From Escherichia coli (lineage in GTDB: Bacteria > Pseudomonadota > Gammaproteobacteria > Enterobacterales > Enterobacteriaceae): a stretch of DNA of 64,000 bases. A program made the position numbers and the translations under genes. Location of the stretch: NCBI RefSeq assembly GCF_036507355.1, contig NZ_AP027877.1; one strand, given 5' to 3'. Positions 47,446-59,793 of this stretch are shown here, piece by piece; within the stretch, counting starts at the first letter, position 1; the number at the start of each line of letters is the position of its first letter. The notes beneath the pieces are model-generated. The model was given only the letters and a program-made list of their open reading frames with translations, was not told the origin of the DNA and did no database searches.

Positions 47446-47973
47446 ATGGATGATCTGACGATAGAGATTCTGACCGATGATGCAGATTATGATCTACAGC
47501 GATTCGACTGCGGCGAGGAAGCGTTAAATCTCTTTCTGACGACACATCTGGTTCGTCAACATCGCAACAAAATTCTGCGAGCGTATATCCTTTGTCGCAA
47601 CACTCCAGAACGTCAGGTGCTGGGATATTACACATTATCCGGCAGTTGTTTTGAACGAGCCGCATTGCCCTCGAAATCGAAACAGAAAAAAATTCCCTAC
47701 AAAAATATTCCCAGCGTCACTCTTGGGCGTCTGGCAATTGATCATTCAATACAGGGGCAGGGATGGGGAGCAACACTGGTTGCTCATGCCATGAAAGTCG
47801 TCTGGTCAGCCTCTTTAGCGGTAGGTATTCACGGTCTTTTTGTCGAGGCGCTGAATGAAAAAGCCCATACGTTTTATCAGTCGCTGGGCTTTATCCCGTT
47901 AGTCGGGGAAAACGAAAATGCGTTATTTTTCCCAACGAAATCCATTGAACTGCTTTTTACACAGAGCGATTAA
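47446..47973 (+). CDS. GNAT-family acetyltransferase toxin (AtaT/TacT-like, predicted aminoacyl-tRNA acetyltransferase)
   Basis: 175-aa ORF with acetyl-CoA-binding motif (IQGQGWGATLVAHAM) and GNAT core; classical antitoxin-toxin gene arrangement. Confidence 0.75.
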   Translation: MDDLTIEILTDDADYDLQRFDCGEEALNLFLTTHLVRQHRNKILRAYILCRNTPERQVLGYYTLSGSCFERAALPSKSKQKKIPYKNIPSVTLGRLAIDHSIQGQGWGATLVAHAMKVVWSASLAVGIHGLFVEALNEKAHTFYQSLGFIPLVGENENALFFPTKSIELLFTQSD

Positions 47974-48353
47974 CGCTTCTCCCAGCCGCCCTGCTGTGCC
48001 GTAAATCCCAGTGCCTGCATAAACGCCGTCATCACACCGCGATCTTCCACGCCTGCATCCGCCATCCACCAGCATGAAACGCCAGGATTGTTACGCAAAA
48101 CCTCTTCCAGCAGATATTGCCCCACACCGCGACGTCGGGTGACTTCCCGCACGCGCAGGGAATCCAGTGCTCCCTCGGTGCCGCTTAAGGTTACCCGTAC
48201 GGCAGCGAGCAGGCGCTCGTTAAAACGCGCGGCGTAGATACGGTGGTTATCGTCAACCTGTAACGAGGAAGGGGAATACTCCGGCCAGATCTTTTGCAGG
48301 TCAATCCGGTCCTGGTCGCTAAATTTTTCTAATCGAATGATGGTCAGCTTCAT
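47970..48353 (-). CDS. panZ: PanD maturation/regulatory factor (GNAT-like)
   Basis: 127-aa ORF MKLTIIRLEKFSDQDRIDLQKIWPEY...; between livJ and livK. Confidence 0.85.
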   Translation of the reverse strand: MKLTIIRLEKFSDQDRIDLQKIWPEYSPSSLQVDDNHRIYAARFNERLLAAVRVTLSGTEGALDSLRVREVTRRRGVGQYLLEEVLRNNPGVSCWWMADAGVEDRGVMTAFMQALGFTAQQGGWEKR

Positions 48354-48776
48354 GGGTAACCCGTGTAAATCACAAAAGTGGAACCAGTGTAGCGAAATAA
48401 TTTAATCGGAGGCTTTCTCTTTTTTATTTCTTTTGGCAGGTGATTAATTTTTTAACAGCAATAATTACAAAGTTAAAACATTAGAGAATGAAAAATGTCC
48501 AGCATAATCCCCTGAATGATAGTGAATTATTCCGCCCTTTATGCCGTTATTTTATGCTGACAAAGGCACTTTTTTCTGTTTATCTATCAATAAATTCAGA
48601 ATATTATCTGTTCTTAATCGACTGAAAAATAGGGGTTTTAATCGCTATCATCACAAAATACTGCGCTAACCCCTTAATCAGACAGGCAAAAACAGTGCAG
48701 TATAAAAAAAGAACAGTCTGATTTGTTAACACATAAAAACAAAGCAACACAACATCACGAATGGGGATTTTTGACT

Positions 48777-49886
48777 ATGAAACGGAATGCGAAAACTATC
48801 ATCGCAGGGATGATTGCACTGGCAATTTCACACACCGCTATGGCTGACGATATTAAAGTCGCCGTTGTCGGCGCGATGTCCGGCCCGATTGCCCAGTGGG
48901 GCGATATGGAATTTAACGGCGCGCGTCAGGCGATTAAAGACATTAATGCCAAAGGGGGAATTAAGGGCGACAAGCTGGTTGGCGTGGAATATGACGACGC
49001 CTGCGACCCGAAACAAGCCGTTGCGGTCGCCAACAAAATCGTTAATGACGGCATTAAATACGTTATTGGTCATCTGTGTTCTTCTTCTACCCAACCTGCA
49101 TCAGATATCTATGAAGACGAAGGTATCCTGATGATCTCGCCGGGGGCGACCAACCCGGAGCTGACCCAACGCGGTTATCAACACATTATGCGTACTGCCG
49201 GGCTGGACTCTTCCCAGGGGCCTACAGCGGCAAAATACATTCTTGAGACGGTGAAGCCCCAGCGCATCGCCATCATTCACGACAAACAACAGTATGGCGA
49301 AGGGCTGGCACGTTCGGTGCAGGACGGGCTGAAAGCGGCTAACGCCAATGTTGTTTTCTTCGACGGTATTACCGCCGGGGAGAAAGATTTCTCTGCGCTG
49401 ATCGCCCGCCTGAAAAAAGAAAACATCGACTTCGTTTACTACGGCGGTTACTACCCGGAAATGGGGCAGATGCTGCGCCAGGCTCGTTCCGTCGGCCTGA
49501 AAACCCAGTTTATGGGGCCGGAAGGTGTGGGTAATGCGTCGCTGTCGAACATTGCTGGCGAAGCCGCTGAAGGCATGTTGGTCACTATGCCAAAACGCTA
49601 TGACCAGGATCCGGCAAACCAGGGCATCGTTGATGCGCTGAAAGCAGACAAGAAAGATCCGTCCGGGCCTTATGTCTGGATCACCTACGCGGCGGTGCAA
49701 TCTCTGGCAACTGCCCTTGAGCGTACCGGCAGCGATGAGCCGCTGGCGCTGGTGAAAGATTTAAAAGCTAACGGTGCAAACACCGTGATTGGGCCGCTGA
49801 ACTGGGATGAAAAAGGCGATCTTAAGGGATTTGATTTTGGTGTCTTCCAGTGGCACGCCGACGGTTCATCCACGGCAGCCAAGTGA
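48777..49886 (+). CDS. livK: Leu-specific periplasmic binding protein
   Basis: ORF 48723..49886; likely start [23 protein letters not shown]. Confidence 0.93.
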   Translation: MKRNAKTIIAGMIALAISHTAMADDIKVAVVGAMSGPIAQWGDMEFNGARQAIKDINAKGGIKGDKLVGVEYDDACDPKQAVAVANKIVNDGIKYVIGHLCSSSTQPASDIYEDEGILMISPGATNPELTQRGYQHIMRTAGLDSSQGPTAAKYILETVKPQRIAIIHDKQQYGEGLARSVQDGLKAANANVVFFDGITAGEKDFSALIARLKKENIDFVYYGGYYPEMGQMLRQARSVGLKTQFMGPEGVGNASLSNIAGEAAEGMLVTMPKRYDQDPANQGIVDALKADKKDPSGPYVWITYAAVQSLATALERTGSDEPLALVKDLKANGANTVIGPLNWDEKGDLKGFDFGVFQWHADGSSTAAK

Positions 49887-49933
49887 AAATCCCACCGCCC
49901 GTGAAATGCGGGCGGGTTTAGAAAGGTTACCTT

Positions 49934-50860
49934 ATGTCTGAGCAGTTTTTATATTTCTTGCAGCAGATGTTTAACGGCGTCACGCTGGGCAGTACCTACG
50001 CGCTGATAGCCATCGGCTACACCATGGTTTACGGCATTATCGGCATGATCAACTTCGCCCACGGCGAGGTTTACATGATCGGCAGCTACGTCTCATTTAT
50101 GATCATCGCCGCACTGATGATGATGGGCATTGATACCGGCTGGCTGCTGGTGGCGGCGGGATTCGTCGGCGCAATCGTCATTGCCAGCGCCTACGGCTGG
50201 AGTATCGAACGGATGGCCTATCGCCCGGTGCGTAACTCCAAGCGCCTGATTGCACTCATCTCGGCAATCGGTATGTCCATCTTCCTGCAAAACTACGTCA
50301 GCCTGACCGAAGGTTCGCGCGACGTGGCGCTGCCGAGCCTGTTTAACGGTCAGTGGGTGGTGGGCCATAGCGAAAACTTCTCTGCCTCTATTACTACCAT
50401 GCAGGCGGTGATCTGGATTGTTACTTTCCTCGCCATGCTGGCGCTGACGATTTTCATTCGCTATTCCCGCATGGGGCGCGCGTGTCGTGCCTGTGCGGAA
50501 GATCTGAAAATGGCGAGCCTGCTTGGCATTAACACTGACCGGGTGATTGCGCTGACCTTTGTGATTGGCGCGGCGATGGCAGCGGTGGCGGGCGTACTGC
50601 TCGGTCAGTTCTACGGCGTCATTAACCCCTATATCGGCTTTATGGCCGGGATGAAAGCCTTTACCGCTGCGGTGCTCGGTGGGATTGGCAGTATTCCGGG
50701 GGCGATGATTGGCGGGCTGATTCTGGGGATTGCGGAGGCGCTCTCTTCTGCCTATCTGAGTACAGAATATAAAGATGTGGTCTCATTTGCCCTGCTGATT
50801 CTGGTGCTGCTGGTGATGCCGACCGGTATTCTGGGTCGCCCGGAGGTAGAGAAAGTATGA
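49934..50860 (+). CDS. livH: branched-chain amino acid ABC permease
   Basis: 308-aa membrane ORF. Confidence 0.93.
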   Translation: MSEQFLYFLQQMFNGVTLGSTYALIAIGYTMVYGIIGMINFAHGEVYMIGSYVSFMIIAALMMMGIDTGWLLVAAGFVGAIVIASAYGWSIERMAYRPVRNSKRLIALISAIGMSIFLQNYVSLTEGSRDVALPSLFNGQWVVGHSENFSASITTMQAVIWIVTFLAMLALTIFIRYSRMGRACRACAEDLKMASLLGINTDRVIALTFVIGAAMAAVAGVLLGQFYGVINPYIGFMAGMKAFTAAVLGGIGSIPGAMIGGLILGIAEALSSAYLSTEYKDVVSFALLILVLLVMPTGILGRPEVEKV

Positions 50861-52134
50861 AACCGATGCATATTGCAATGGCGTTGCTCTCTGCCGCGAT
50901 GTTCTTTGTCCTGGCAGGCGTTTTTATGGGCGTACAACTGGAGCTGGATGGCACCAAACTGGTGGTCGACACGGCTTCAGACATCCGTTGGCAGTGGGTG
51001 TTTATCGGCACGGCGGTGGTCTTTTTCTTCCAGATTTTGCGACCTGCTTTCCAGAAAGGGCTGAAAAGCGTTTCCGGACCGAAGTTTATTCTGCCCGCGA
51101 TTGATGGCTCCACGGTGAAGCAAAAGCTGTTTCTCGTGGCGCTGCTGGTGCTTGCGGTGGCGTGGCCGTTTATGGTGTCGCGTGGGACGGTGGATATCGC
51201 CACCCTGACCATGATCTACATTATTCTCGGCCTCGGGCTGAACGTGGTTGTTGGTCTTTCTGGTCTGCTGGTGCTGGGGTACGGCGGTTTTTACGCCATC
51301 GGCGCTTACACCTTTGCGCTGCTCAATCACTATTACGGCCTGGGCTTCTGGACCTGTCTGCCGATTGCCGGGTTAATGGCGGCGGCGGCGGGCTTCCTGC
51401 TCGGTTTTCCGGTGCTGCGCCTGCGCGGCGACTATCTGGCGATCGTTACCCTCGGTTTCGGCGAAATTGTGCGCATATTGCTGCTCAATAACACCGAAAT
51501 TACCGGCGGCCCGAATGGTATCAGTCAGATCCCGAAACCGACTTTCTTCGGCCTCGAGTTCAGCCGTACCGCCCGTGAAGGCGGCTGGGACACGTTCAGT
51601 AATTTCTTTGGCCTGAAATACGATCCCTCCGATCGCGTTATCTTCCTCTACCTGGTGGCGTTGCTGCTGGTGGTATTAAGCCTGTTTGTCATTAACCGCC
51701 TGCTGCGGATGCCGCTGGGTCGCGCCTGGGAAGCGTTGCGTGAAGACGAAATCGCCTGCCGTTCGCTGGGCTTAAGCCCGCGTCGTATCAAGCTGACCGC
51801 CTTTACCATCAGCGCCGCGTTTGCGGGTTTTGCCGGAACGCTGTTTGCGGCGCGTCAGGGCTTTGTCAGCCCGGAATCCTTCACCTTTGCTGAATCAGCC
51901 TTTGTACTGGCGATAGTGGTGCTCGGCGGTATGGGCTCGCAATTTGCGGTGATTCTGGCGGCTGTTCTGCTGGTGGTATCGCGCGAGTTGATGCGTGATT
52001 TCAACGAATACAGCATGTTAATGCTCGGTGGTTTGATGGTGCTGATGATGATCTGGCGTCCGCAGGGCTTGCTGCCCATGACGCGCCCGCAACTGAAGCT
52101 GAAAAACGGCGCAGCGAAAGGAGAGCAGGCATGA
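50857..52134 (+). CDS. livM: branched-chain amino acid ABC permease
   Basis: 425-aa membrane ORF overlapping the livH stop. Confidence 0.93.
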   Translation: MKPMHIAMALLSAAMFFVLAGVFMGVQLELDGTKLVVDTASDIRWQWVFIGTAVVFFFQILRPAFQKGLKSVSGPKFILPAIDGSTVKQKLFLVALLVLAVAWPFMVSRGTVDIATLTMIYIILGLGLNVVVGLSGLLVLGYGGFYAIGAYTFALLNHYYGLGFWTCLPIAGLMAAAAGFLLGFPVLRLRGDYLAIVTLGFGEIVRILLLNNTEITGGPNGISQIPKPTFFGLEFSRTAREGGWDTFSNFFGLKYDPSDRVIFLYLVALLLVVLSLFVINRLLRMPLGRAWEALREDEIACRSLGLSPRRIKLTAFTISAAFAGFAGTLFAARQGFVSPESFTFAESAFVLAIVVLGGMGSQFAVILAAVLLVVSRELMRDFNEYSMLMLGGLMVLMMIWRPQGLLPMTRPQLKLKNGAAKGEQA

Positions 52135-52898
52135 GTCAGCCATTATTATCTGTTAACGGCCTGATGATGCGCTTCGGCGGCCTGCTGGCGGTGAACAACG
52201 TCAATCTCGAACTGTACCCGCAGGAGATCGTCTCGTTAATCGGCCCTAACGGCGCCGGAAAAACCACGGTCTTTAACTGCCTGACCGGTTTCTACAAACC
52301 CACCGGCGGAACCATTTTACTGCGCGATCAGCATCTGGAAGGTTTGCCGGGGCAGCAAATTGCTCGCATGGGCGTGGTGCGTACCTTCCAGCATGTGCGT
52401 CTGTTCCGCGAAATGACGGTGATTGAAAACCTGCTGGTGGCGCAGCATCAGCAACTGAAAACCGGGCTGTTCTCTGGCCTGTTGAAAACGCCTTCTTTCC
52501 GTCGCGCCCAGAGCGAAGCGCTCGACCGTGCCGCCACCTGGCTTGAGCGCATTGGTTTGCTGGAACACGCCAACCGTCAGGCGAGTAACCTGGCCTACGG
52601 TGACCAGCGCCGTCTGGAGATCGCCCGCTGCATGGTTACGCAGCCGGAGATTTTAATGCTCGACGAACCTGCGGCAGGTCTTAACCCGAAAGAAACGAAA
52701 GAGCTGGATGAGCTGATTGCCGAACTGCGCAATCATCACAACACCACTATCTTGTTGATTGAACACGATATGAAGCTGGTGATGGGAATTTCGGACCGAA
52801 TTTACGTGGTCAATCAGGGGACGCCGCTGGCAAACGGTACGCCGGAGCAGATCCGTAATAACCCGGACGTGATCCGTGCCTATTTAGGTGAGGCATAA
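52131..52898 (+). CDS. livG: branched-chain amino acid ABC ATPase
   Basis: 255-aa ORF with Walker [10 protein letters not shown]. Confidence 0.93.
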   Translation: MSQPLLSVNGLMMRFGGLLAVNNVNLELYPQEIVSLIGPNGAGKTTVFNCLTGFYKPTGGTILLRDQHLEGLPGQQIARMGVVRTFQHVRLFREMTVIENLLVAQHQQLKTGLFSGLLKTPSFRRAQSEALDRAATWLERIGLLEHANRQASNLAYGDQRRLEIARCMVTQPEILMLDEPAAGLNPKETKELDELIAELRNHHNTTILLIEHDMKLVMGISDRIYVVNQGTPLANGTPEQIRNNPDVIRAYLGEA

Positions 52899-52899
52899 G

Positions 52900-53613
52900 A
52901 TGGAAAAAGTCATGTTGTCCTTTGACAAAGTCAGCGCCCACTACGGCAAAATCCAGGCGCTGCATGAGGTGAGCCTGCATATCAATCAGGGCGAGATTGT
53001 CACGCTGATTGGCGCGAACGGGGCGGGGAAAACCACCTTGCTTGGCACATTATGCGGCGATCCACGCGCCACCAGCGGGCGAATTGTGTTTGATGATAAA
53101 GACATTACCGACTGGCAGACGGCGAAAATCATGCGCGAAGCGGTAGCGATTGTCCCGGAAGGGCGTCGCGTCTTCTCGCGGATGACGGTGGAAGAGAACC
53201 TGGCGATGGGCGGCTTCTTTGCCGAACGCGACCAGTTCCAGGAGCGCATAAAGTGGGTGTATGAACTGTTCCCGCGTCTGCATGAGCGCCGTGTTCAGCG
53301 GGCAGGCACCATGTCCGGCGGTGAACAGCAGATGCTGGCGATTGGTCGCGCGCTGATGAGCAACCCGCGTTTGTTGTTGCTTGATGAGCCATCGCTCGGT
53401 CTTGCGCCGATTATCATCCAGCAAATTTTCGACACCATCGAGCAGCTGCGCGAGCAGGGGATGACTATCTTCCTCGTCGAGCAGAACGCCAACCAGGCGC
53501 TAAAGCTGGCGGATCGCGGCTACGTGCTGGAAAACGGTCATGTGGTGCTCTCCGATACTGGTGATGCACTACTGGCGAACGAAGCGGTGAGAAGTGCGTA
53601 TTTAGGCGGGTAA
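52900..53613 (+). CDS. livF: branched-chain amino acid ABC ATPase
   Basis: ORF 52888..53613; likely start MEKVMLSFDKV; Walker A GANGAGKTT. Confidence 0.93.
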   Translation: MEKVMLSFDKVSAHYGKIQALHEVSLHINQGEIVTLIGANGAGKTTLLGTLCGDPRATSGRIVFDDKDITDWQTAKIMREAVAIVPEGRRVFSRMTVEENLAMGGFFAERDQFQERIKWVYELFPRLHERRVQRAGTMSGGEQQMLAIGRALMSNPRLLLLDEPSLGLAPIIIQQIFDTIEQLREQGMTIFLVEQNANQALKLADRGYVLENGHVVLSDTGDALLANEAVRSAYLGG

Positions 53614-53624
53614 ATTATCGATAA

Positions 53625-53647
53625 CCCGGCAGCTAAGTTCTGCCGGG
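53625..53647 (+). terminator. hairpin after livF
   Basis: CCCGGCAG-CTAAGTT-CTGCCGGG stem-loop; weak T tract. Confidence 0.5.
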
Positions 53648-53731
53648 CTCTTCGTCCGTATACAGACTTGTTTCAACTGACCGGGAGGATTAAAACCAGA
53701 CCACTTATTTGCCACGGAAAGGTTCACTCCC

Positions 53732-54478
53732 ATGCATTATGCCGTTGTTGTCATGCTTGAACTGCTTTGCTGTATTCACGCTTACCGTACCGGACAAGAG
53801 CGGTACTGGATTTTTATCATTTTCTGTTTTCCGGTGATTGGCTGCGTGGCGTATTTCGTCATAGTGATGCTGCCTGAAACGGGCGCTGACCGTCACGGGC
53901 ATACTTTGCTGATGCGCCTGCAGGACAAACTCAACCCTGAGCGCCACCTGCGCAAATTAACCGAAGAACTGGCGATTGCCGAGACGAATCAAAACCATTA
54001 TGCGTTGGCTAATGAACTGGCGCGTCTGGAGCGTTACCACGAAGCCGTTCCCCATTATCAGCAGGCGTTAAGCGGGATATTCGCCCATGAAGCGGCAATG
54101 ATGTTAAGCCTGGCGCAGGCACAGTTTGCTATTCAGGAGTTCGCCGCCTGTCAGCAGACGCTGGAAGATGTGATGCGTTATAACCCTGATTTTCAGTCGG
54201 CAGACGGGCATTTGTTATTTGCCAGAACGTTAGCCGCACAAGAAAAATACGCTGATGCGGAAAGCGAGTTTGAAGTATTGATTTCTTATTACCCCGGCCC
54301 GCAGGCGCGTATTTACTATGCGGAAATGTTGGCGAAAATGAGTCGGTTACGTGAAGCCAACGAGCAGTATGTTGCTGTAGTTGATACGGCTAAACGCTCA
54401 AGACCTCATTATAGAAAACACCACCGGGAATGGATTAAGACCGCCAATGAACGGCTGAAGCAGAGTGTGGTGCAATGA
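53732..54478 (+). CDS. hypothetical membrane-anchored protein with helical (TPR-like) C-terminal domain
   Basis: 248-aa ORF; N-terminal hydrophobic hairpin (YWIFIIFCFPVIGCVAYFVIVML), alpha-helical alanine-rich C-terminus; not expected between livF and ugpB from the K-12 gene order (memory). Confidence 0.55.
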   Translation: MHYAVVVMLELLCCIHAYRTGQERYWIFIIFCFPVIGCVAYFVIVMLPETGADRHGHTLLMRLQDKLNPERHLRKLTEELAIAETNQNHYALANELARLERYHEAVPHYQQALSGIFAHEAAMMLSLAQAQFAIQEFAACQQTLEDVMRYNPDFQSADGHLLFARTLAAQEKYADAESEFEVLISYYPGPQARIYYAEMLAKMSRLREANEQYVAVVDTAKRSRPHYRKHHREWIKTANERLKQSVVQ

Positions 54479-54699
54479 AAATCTTCTTTGCCGTTAGACC
54501 AGTGTCGCGGCAATCTTTTGTTAAAATTGAAAAATGTAGCTCTCATCGGGCAGCAAAACTGGACGCAGAATTTGCTGCCATTTTTGCTCTTCATGGTAAG
54601 GAGTTCTGGCGATTAGCTGGCCGTTAATCGCCTCTTTTCAGTGCATTCTCGGGATATCCGTGCCCCATCTCCCATTTTCCCTCACCCGTACCGTCACCG

Positions 54700-54790
54700 C
54701 CTTGTCATCTTTCTGACACCTTACTATCTTACAAATGTAACAAAAAAGTTATTTTTCTGTAATTCGAGCATGTCATGTTACCCCGCGAGC
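54700..54790 (+). promoter_or_regulatory. Pho-box region of the ugpB promoter
   Basis: TTGTCATCTTTCTGACAC followed by CTTACAAATGTAACA and a downstream TGTCATGTTA, resembling tandem PhoB boxes (CTGTCAT-N4-CTGTCAC) about 60-140 nt upstream of ugpB. Confidence 0.55.
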
Positions 54791-54837
54791 ATAAAACGCG
54801 TGAATTCGCGCATTCGGTACAACAAGAGAGATAAACG

Positions 54838-56154
54838 ATGAAACCGTTACATTATACAGCTTCAGCACTGGCGCTCGGACTGGCGTTAATGGGGAATGCA
54901 CAGGCAGTGACAACCATTCCGTTCTGGCATTCTATGGAAGGGGAACTGGGTAAAGAGGTGGATTCTCTGGCCCAACGTTTTAACGCCGAAAACCCGGATT
55001 ACAAAATTGTACCGACCTATAAAGGCAACTACGAACAGAATTTAAGCGCGGGGATTGCCGCATTTCGTACCGGCAATGCTCCGGCTATTTTGCAGGTTTA
55101 TGAAGTTGGCACCGCCACCATGATGGCGTCGAAAGCCATTAAACCGGTATATGACGTGTTTAAAGAGGCGGGGATTCAATTCGATGAGTCGCAGTTTGTG
55201 CCGACGGTTTCCGGTTACTACTCCGACAGCAAAACGGGCCACTTACTCTCCCAGCCATTCAACAGCTCGACCCCCGTTCTCTATTACAACAAAGACGCCT
55301 TCAAGAAAGCAGGATTAGACCCGGAACAGCCGCCGAAAACCTGGCAGGATCTGGCGGACTATTCTGCAAAACTGAAAGCCTCCGGAATGAAGTGCGGCTA
55401 CGCCAGCGGCTGGCAGGGCTGGATCCAACTGGAAAACTTTAGCGCCTGGAACGGTCTGCCGTTTGCCAGCAAAAACAACGGTTTTGACGGCACAGACGCG
55501 GTGCTTGAGTTCAACAAGCCGGAGCAGGTGAAACACATCGCCATGCTCGAAGAGATGAACAAGAAGGGCGATTTCAGCTACGTCGGGCGTAAGGATGAAT
55601 CCACCGAGAAGTTCTATAACGGTGATTGCGCGATGACCACCGCCTCTTCCGGTTCTCTCGCTAATATTCGTGAGTACGCCAAATTTAACTATGGCGTAGG
55701 CATGATGCCTTACGACGCCGATGCGAAAGATGCACCGCAAAACGCCATTATCGGCGGGGCCAGCCTGTGGGTGATGCAGGGCAAAGATAAAGAAACGTAT
55801 ACCGGCGTGGCGAAGTTCCTCGACTTCCTCGCGAAGCCAGAAAACGCTGCCGAGTGGCATCAGAAAACCGGTTATCTGCCAATCACCAAAGCGGCGTATG
55901 ACCTGACTCGTGAGCAGGGCTTTTACGAGAAAAACCCAGGTGCGGATACCGCGACGCGTCAGATGCTGAACAAGCCGCCGTTGCCGTTCACCAAAGGTCT
56001 ACGTCTGGGCAACATGCCGCAGATCCGCGTGATTGTGGATGAAGAGCTGGAGAGCGTGTGGACCGGTAAGAAGACACCACAGCAGGCACTGGATACCGCC
56101 GTTGAGCGTGGAAATCAGTTGCTGCGCCGCTTTGAGAAATCGACGAAGTCTTAA
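54838..56154 (+). CDS. ugpB: sn-glycerol-3-phosphate periplasmic binding protein
   Basis: 438-aa ORF with signal peptide. Confidence 0.93.
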   Translation: MKPLHYTASALALGLALMGNAQAVTTIPFWHSMEGELGKEVDSLAQRFNAENPDYKIVPTYKGNYEQNLSAGIAAFRTGNAPAILQVYEVGTATMMASKAIKPVYDVFKEAGIQFDESQFVPTVSGYYSDSKTGHLLSQPFNSSTPVLYYNKDAFKKAGLDPEQPPKTWQDLADYSAKLKASGMKCGYASGWQGWIQLENFSAWNGLPFASKNNGFDGTDAVLEFNKPEQVKHIAMLEEMNKKGDFSYVGRKDESTEKFYNGDCAMTTASSGSLANIREYAKFNYGVGMMPYDADAKDAPQNAIIGGASLWVMQGKDKETYTGVAKFLDFLAKPENAAEWHQKTGYLPITKAAYDLTREQGFYEKNPGADTATRQMLNKPPLPFTKGLRLGNMPQIRVIVDEELESVWTGKKTPQQALDTAVERGNQLLRRFEKSTKS

Positions 56155-56159
56155 TCAGT

Positions 56160-56235
56160 GTAATGTCGGATGCGTTTCGCTTATCTGACCTGGCATCGCG
56201 TGTAGGCCGGATAAGCGAAGCGCATCCGGCACAGT
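56160..56235. repeat. REP/BIME element between ugpB and ugpA
   Basis: Inverted pair TGTCGGATGCGTTTCGCTTATCTGACC ... GTAGGCCGGATAAGCGAAGCGCATCCGGCA. Confidence 0.7.
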
Positions 56236-56251
56236 TCAGGAATTAACCGTA

Positions 56252-57139
56252 ATGTCATCATCCCGTCCGGTGTTCCGCTCGCGCTGGCTGCCTTATCTGC
56301 TGGTCGCGCCGCAGCTCATCATCACCGTTATCTTTTTTATCTGGCCTGCGGGCGAAGCGTTGTGGTACTCGCTACAAAGCGTCGATCCGTTTGGTTTCTC
56401 CAGCCAGTTTGTCGGCCTGGATAACTTCGTCGCGCTGTTTCATGACAGCTACTATCTCGACTCCTTCTGGACGACGATAAAATTCAGCACCTTTGTCACC
56501 GTCAGCGGTTTGCTGGTATCGCTGTTCTTTGCGGCGCTGGTGGAGTACATCGTGCGCGGCAGTCGTTTCTATCAAACCTTGATGCTGCTGCCGTATGCCG
56601 TGGCTCCCGCCGTTGCCGCCGTATTGTGGATCTTCCTGTTTAACCCCGGTCGCGGGCTGATCACCCATTTTCTCGCTGAGTTCGGCTACGACTGGAACCA
56701 CGCGCAAAATAGCGGTCAGGCGATGTTTCTGGTGGTGTTTGCCTCAGTATGGAAGCAAATCAGCTACAACTTCCTGTTCTTCTATGCCGCGCTGCAATCC
56801 ATTCCCCGTTCGTTGATCGAAGCCGCAGCCATCGACGGTGCAGGGCCGATTCGCCGCTTCTTTAAGATTGCGCTGCCGCTTATCGCCCCGGTGAGTTTCT
56901 TCCTGCTGGTAGTGAACCTGGTGTATGCCTTCTTCGACACCTTCCCGGTGATCGACGCCGCCACGTCCGGCGGGCCGGTTCAGGCCACCACGACGCTGAT
57001 TTATAAGATCTACCGCGAAGGCTTTACCGGACTGGATCTGGCTTCGTCTGCCGCACAGTCGGTGGTGTTGATGTTCCTCGTCATCGTGCTGACGGTGGTG
57101 CAGTTCCGCTATGTTGAAAGCAAGGTGCGTTACCAATGA
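56252..57139 (+). CDS. ugpA: G3P ABC transporter permease
   Basis: 295-aa membrane ORF. Confidence 0.93.
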
Positions 57140-57981
57140 TTGAGAACCGTCCGTGGCTGACGATATTCAGCCATACCATGCTGATCCTCGGGATCGCGGT
57201 GATCCTCTTCCCGCTGTACGTGGCGTTTGTCGCGGCGACGCTGGATAAACAAGCCGTCTACGCCGCGCCGATGACGCTCATCCCCGGCACGCATCTGCTG
57301 GAAAACATCCACAACATCTGGGTAAACGGGGTTGGCACGAATAGTGCGCCGTTCTGGCGGATGTTGCTTAACAGCTTTGTGATGGCGTTCAGCATTACGC
57401 TCGGCAAAATTACCGTCTCGATGCTCTCGGCATTTGCCATTGTCTGGTTTCGTTTTCCGCTACGTAACCTCTTCTTCTGGATGATTTTTATCACCCTGAT
57501 GCTGCCGGTTGAAGTGCGTATCTTCCCGACGGTGGAAGTCATCGCCAACCTGAAAATGCTCGACAGCTACGCAGGTTTAACGCTGCCGCTGATGGCCTCG
57601 GCGACCGCTACCTTCCTGTTCCGCCAGTTCTTTATGACGCTGCCGGATGAGCTGGTGGAAGCCGCGCGGATCGACGGCGCGTCGCCAATGCGCTTCTTTT
57701 GCGACATCGTTTTTCCGTTGTCCAAAACTAATCTGGCGGCGTTGTTTGTGATCACCTTTATTTACGGCTGGAACCAGTATTTGTGGCCGTTGTTGATTAT
57801 TACCGACGTGGATCTCGGCACCACCGTGGCAGGGATCAAAGGGATGATCGCCACTGGCGAAGGCACCACAGAATGGAACTCAGTGATGGCGGCGATGTTG
57901 TTAACCCTGATCCCACCAGTAGTGATTGTTTTAGTGATGCAGCGTGCCTTCGTGCGCGGCCTGGTCGATAGTGAGAAATAA
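57136..57981 (+). CDS. ugpE: G3P ABC transporter permease
   Basis: 281-aa membrane ORF. Confidence 0.93.
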
Positions 57982-57982
57982 G

Positions 57983-59053
57983 ATGGCAGGACTGAAATTA
58001 CAGGCAGTAACCAAAAGCTGGGATGGCAAAACCCAGGTGATTAAACCGCTGACCCTTGATGTGGCGGATGGCGAATTTATCGTGATGGTCGGGCCGTCAG
58101 GCTGCGGGAAATCGACGCTGCTGCGCATGGTTGCCGGGCTGGAGCGGGTGACGGAAGGCGATATCTGGATCAACAACCAGCGGGTGACCGAAATGGAGCC
58201 GAAAGATCGCGGGATTGCGATGGTGTTCCAGAACTACGCGCTTTATCCGCATATGAGTGTTGAAGAAAACATGGCGTGGGGGCTGAAAATTCGCGGCATG
58301 GGCAAGCAGCAAATTGCCGAGCGCGTTAAAGAAGCGGCGCGCATTCTGGAACTGGACGGTCTGCTTAAGCGCCGCCCGCGCGAGCTTTCCGGCGGTCAGC
58401 GTCAGCGTGTGGCGATGGGCCGCGCGATTGTGCGCGATCCGGCGGTGTTCCTGTTTGATGAGCCACTCTCTAACCTCGATGCCAAGCTGCGCGTGCAGAT
58501 GCGCCTTGAATTGCAACAGTTACACCGTCGCCTGAAAACGACTTCACTCTACGTTACTCACGATCAGGTTGAGGCGATGACCCTCGCCCAGCGAGTAATG
58601 GTGATGAACGGCGGCGTTGCCGAACAGATTGGCACACCAGTTGAAGTCTACGAAAAGCCCGCCAGCCTGTTTGTGGCGAGTTTTATCGGCAGTCCGGCGA
58701 TGAACCTGCTGGCAGGCCGCGTGAATAACGATGGCACGCATTTCGAACTGGACGGCGGTATCGCGCTACCGCTAAACGGTGGCTACCGTCAGTATGCCGG
58801 GCGTAAAATGACTCTCGGCATTCGCCCGGAACATATAGCGTTAAGCTCGCAGGCAGAAGGCGGCGTACCGCTGGTGATGGACACGCTGGAGATCCTCGGC
58901 GCTGATAATCTGGCGCACGGACGATGGGGCGAACAGAAGCTGGTGGTGCGACTGGCGCATCAGGAGCGCCCGACGGCAGGCAGCACGCTGTGGCTGCATC
59001 TGGCGGAAAATCAGCTGCATCTTTTTGATGGTGAAACAGGACAACGAGTATGA
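57983..59053 (+). CDS. ugpC: G3P ABC transporter ATPase
   Basis: ORF 57944..59053; likely start [13 protein letters not shown]; Walker [10 protein letters not shown]. Confidence 0.93.
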   Translation: MAGLKLQAVTKSWDGKTQVIKPLTLDVADGEFIVMVGPSGCGKSTLLRMVAGLERVTEGDIWINNQRVTEMEPKDRGIAMVFQNYALYPHMSVEENMAWGLKIRGMGKQQIAERVKEAARILELDGLLKRRPRELSGGQRQRVAMGRAIVRDPAVFLFDEPLSNLDAKLRVQMRLELQQLHRRLKTTSLYVTHDQVEAMTLAQRVMVMNGGVAEQIGTPVEVYEKPASLFVASFIGSPAMNLLAGRVNNDGTHFELDGGIALPLNGGYRQYAGRKMTLGIRPEHIALSSQAEGGVPLVMDTLEILGADNLAHGRWGEQKLVVRLAHQERPTAGSTLWLHLAENQLHLFDGETGQRV

Positions 59054-59793
59054 GTAACTGGCCTTATCCCCGCATCGTCGCACATCGTGGCGGCGGTAAG
59101 CTGGCCCCGGAAAACACCCTGGCGGCAATCGACGTCGGGGCAAAATACGGTCATAAGATGATCGAATTTGACGCGAAGTTATCGAAAGATGGCGAGATCT
59201 TTCTGCTCCATGACGACAATCTCGAACGTACCAGCAACGGCTGGGGCGTCGCGGGTGAACTGAACTGGCAGGATTTACTACGTGTGGATGCAGGCAGTTG
59301 GTACGGCAAAGCGTTTAAAGGTGAGCCGCTGCCGTTGCTTTCGCAGGTGGCGGAACGCTGTCGCGAACATGGGATGATGGCGAATATCGAAATCAAACCC
59401 ACCACTGGCACTGGGCCATTAACGGGCAAAATGGTGGCGCTGGCGGCACGCGAGCTGTGGGCCGGTATGACGCCGCCGCTACTGTCATCGTTTGAGATTG
59501 ATGCTTTAGAAGCCGCACAACAGGCAGTACCAGAACTGCCGCGCGGTTTGTTGCTGGATGAGTGGCGCGACGACTGGCGAGAACTGACCGCGCGGCTGGG
59601 CTGCGTCTCTATTCATCTCAATCATAAGTTGCTCGATAAAGCGCGAGTGATGCAGTTGAAAGACGCCGGATTACGGATTCTGGTTTATACCGTCAATAAA
59701 CCCCAGCGCGCGGCAGAGTTGCTGCGCTGGGGCGTGGATTGCATCTGTACCGATGCGATTGATGTGATTGGTCCGAACTTTACGGCCCAATAG
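59050..59793 (+). CDS. ugpQ: glycerophosphodiester phosphodiesterase
   Basis: 247-aa ORF with GDPD motif (IVAHRGG). Confidence 0.93.
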
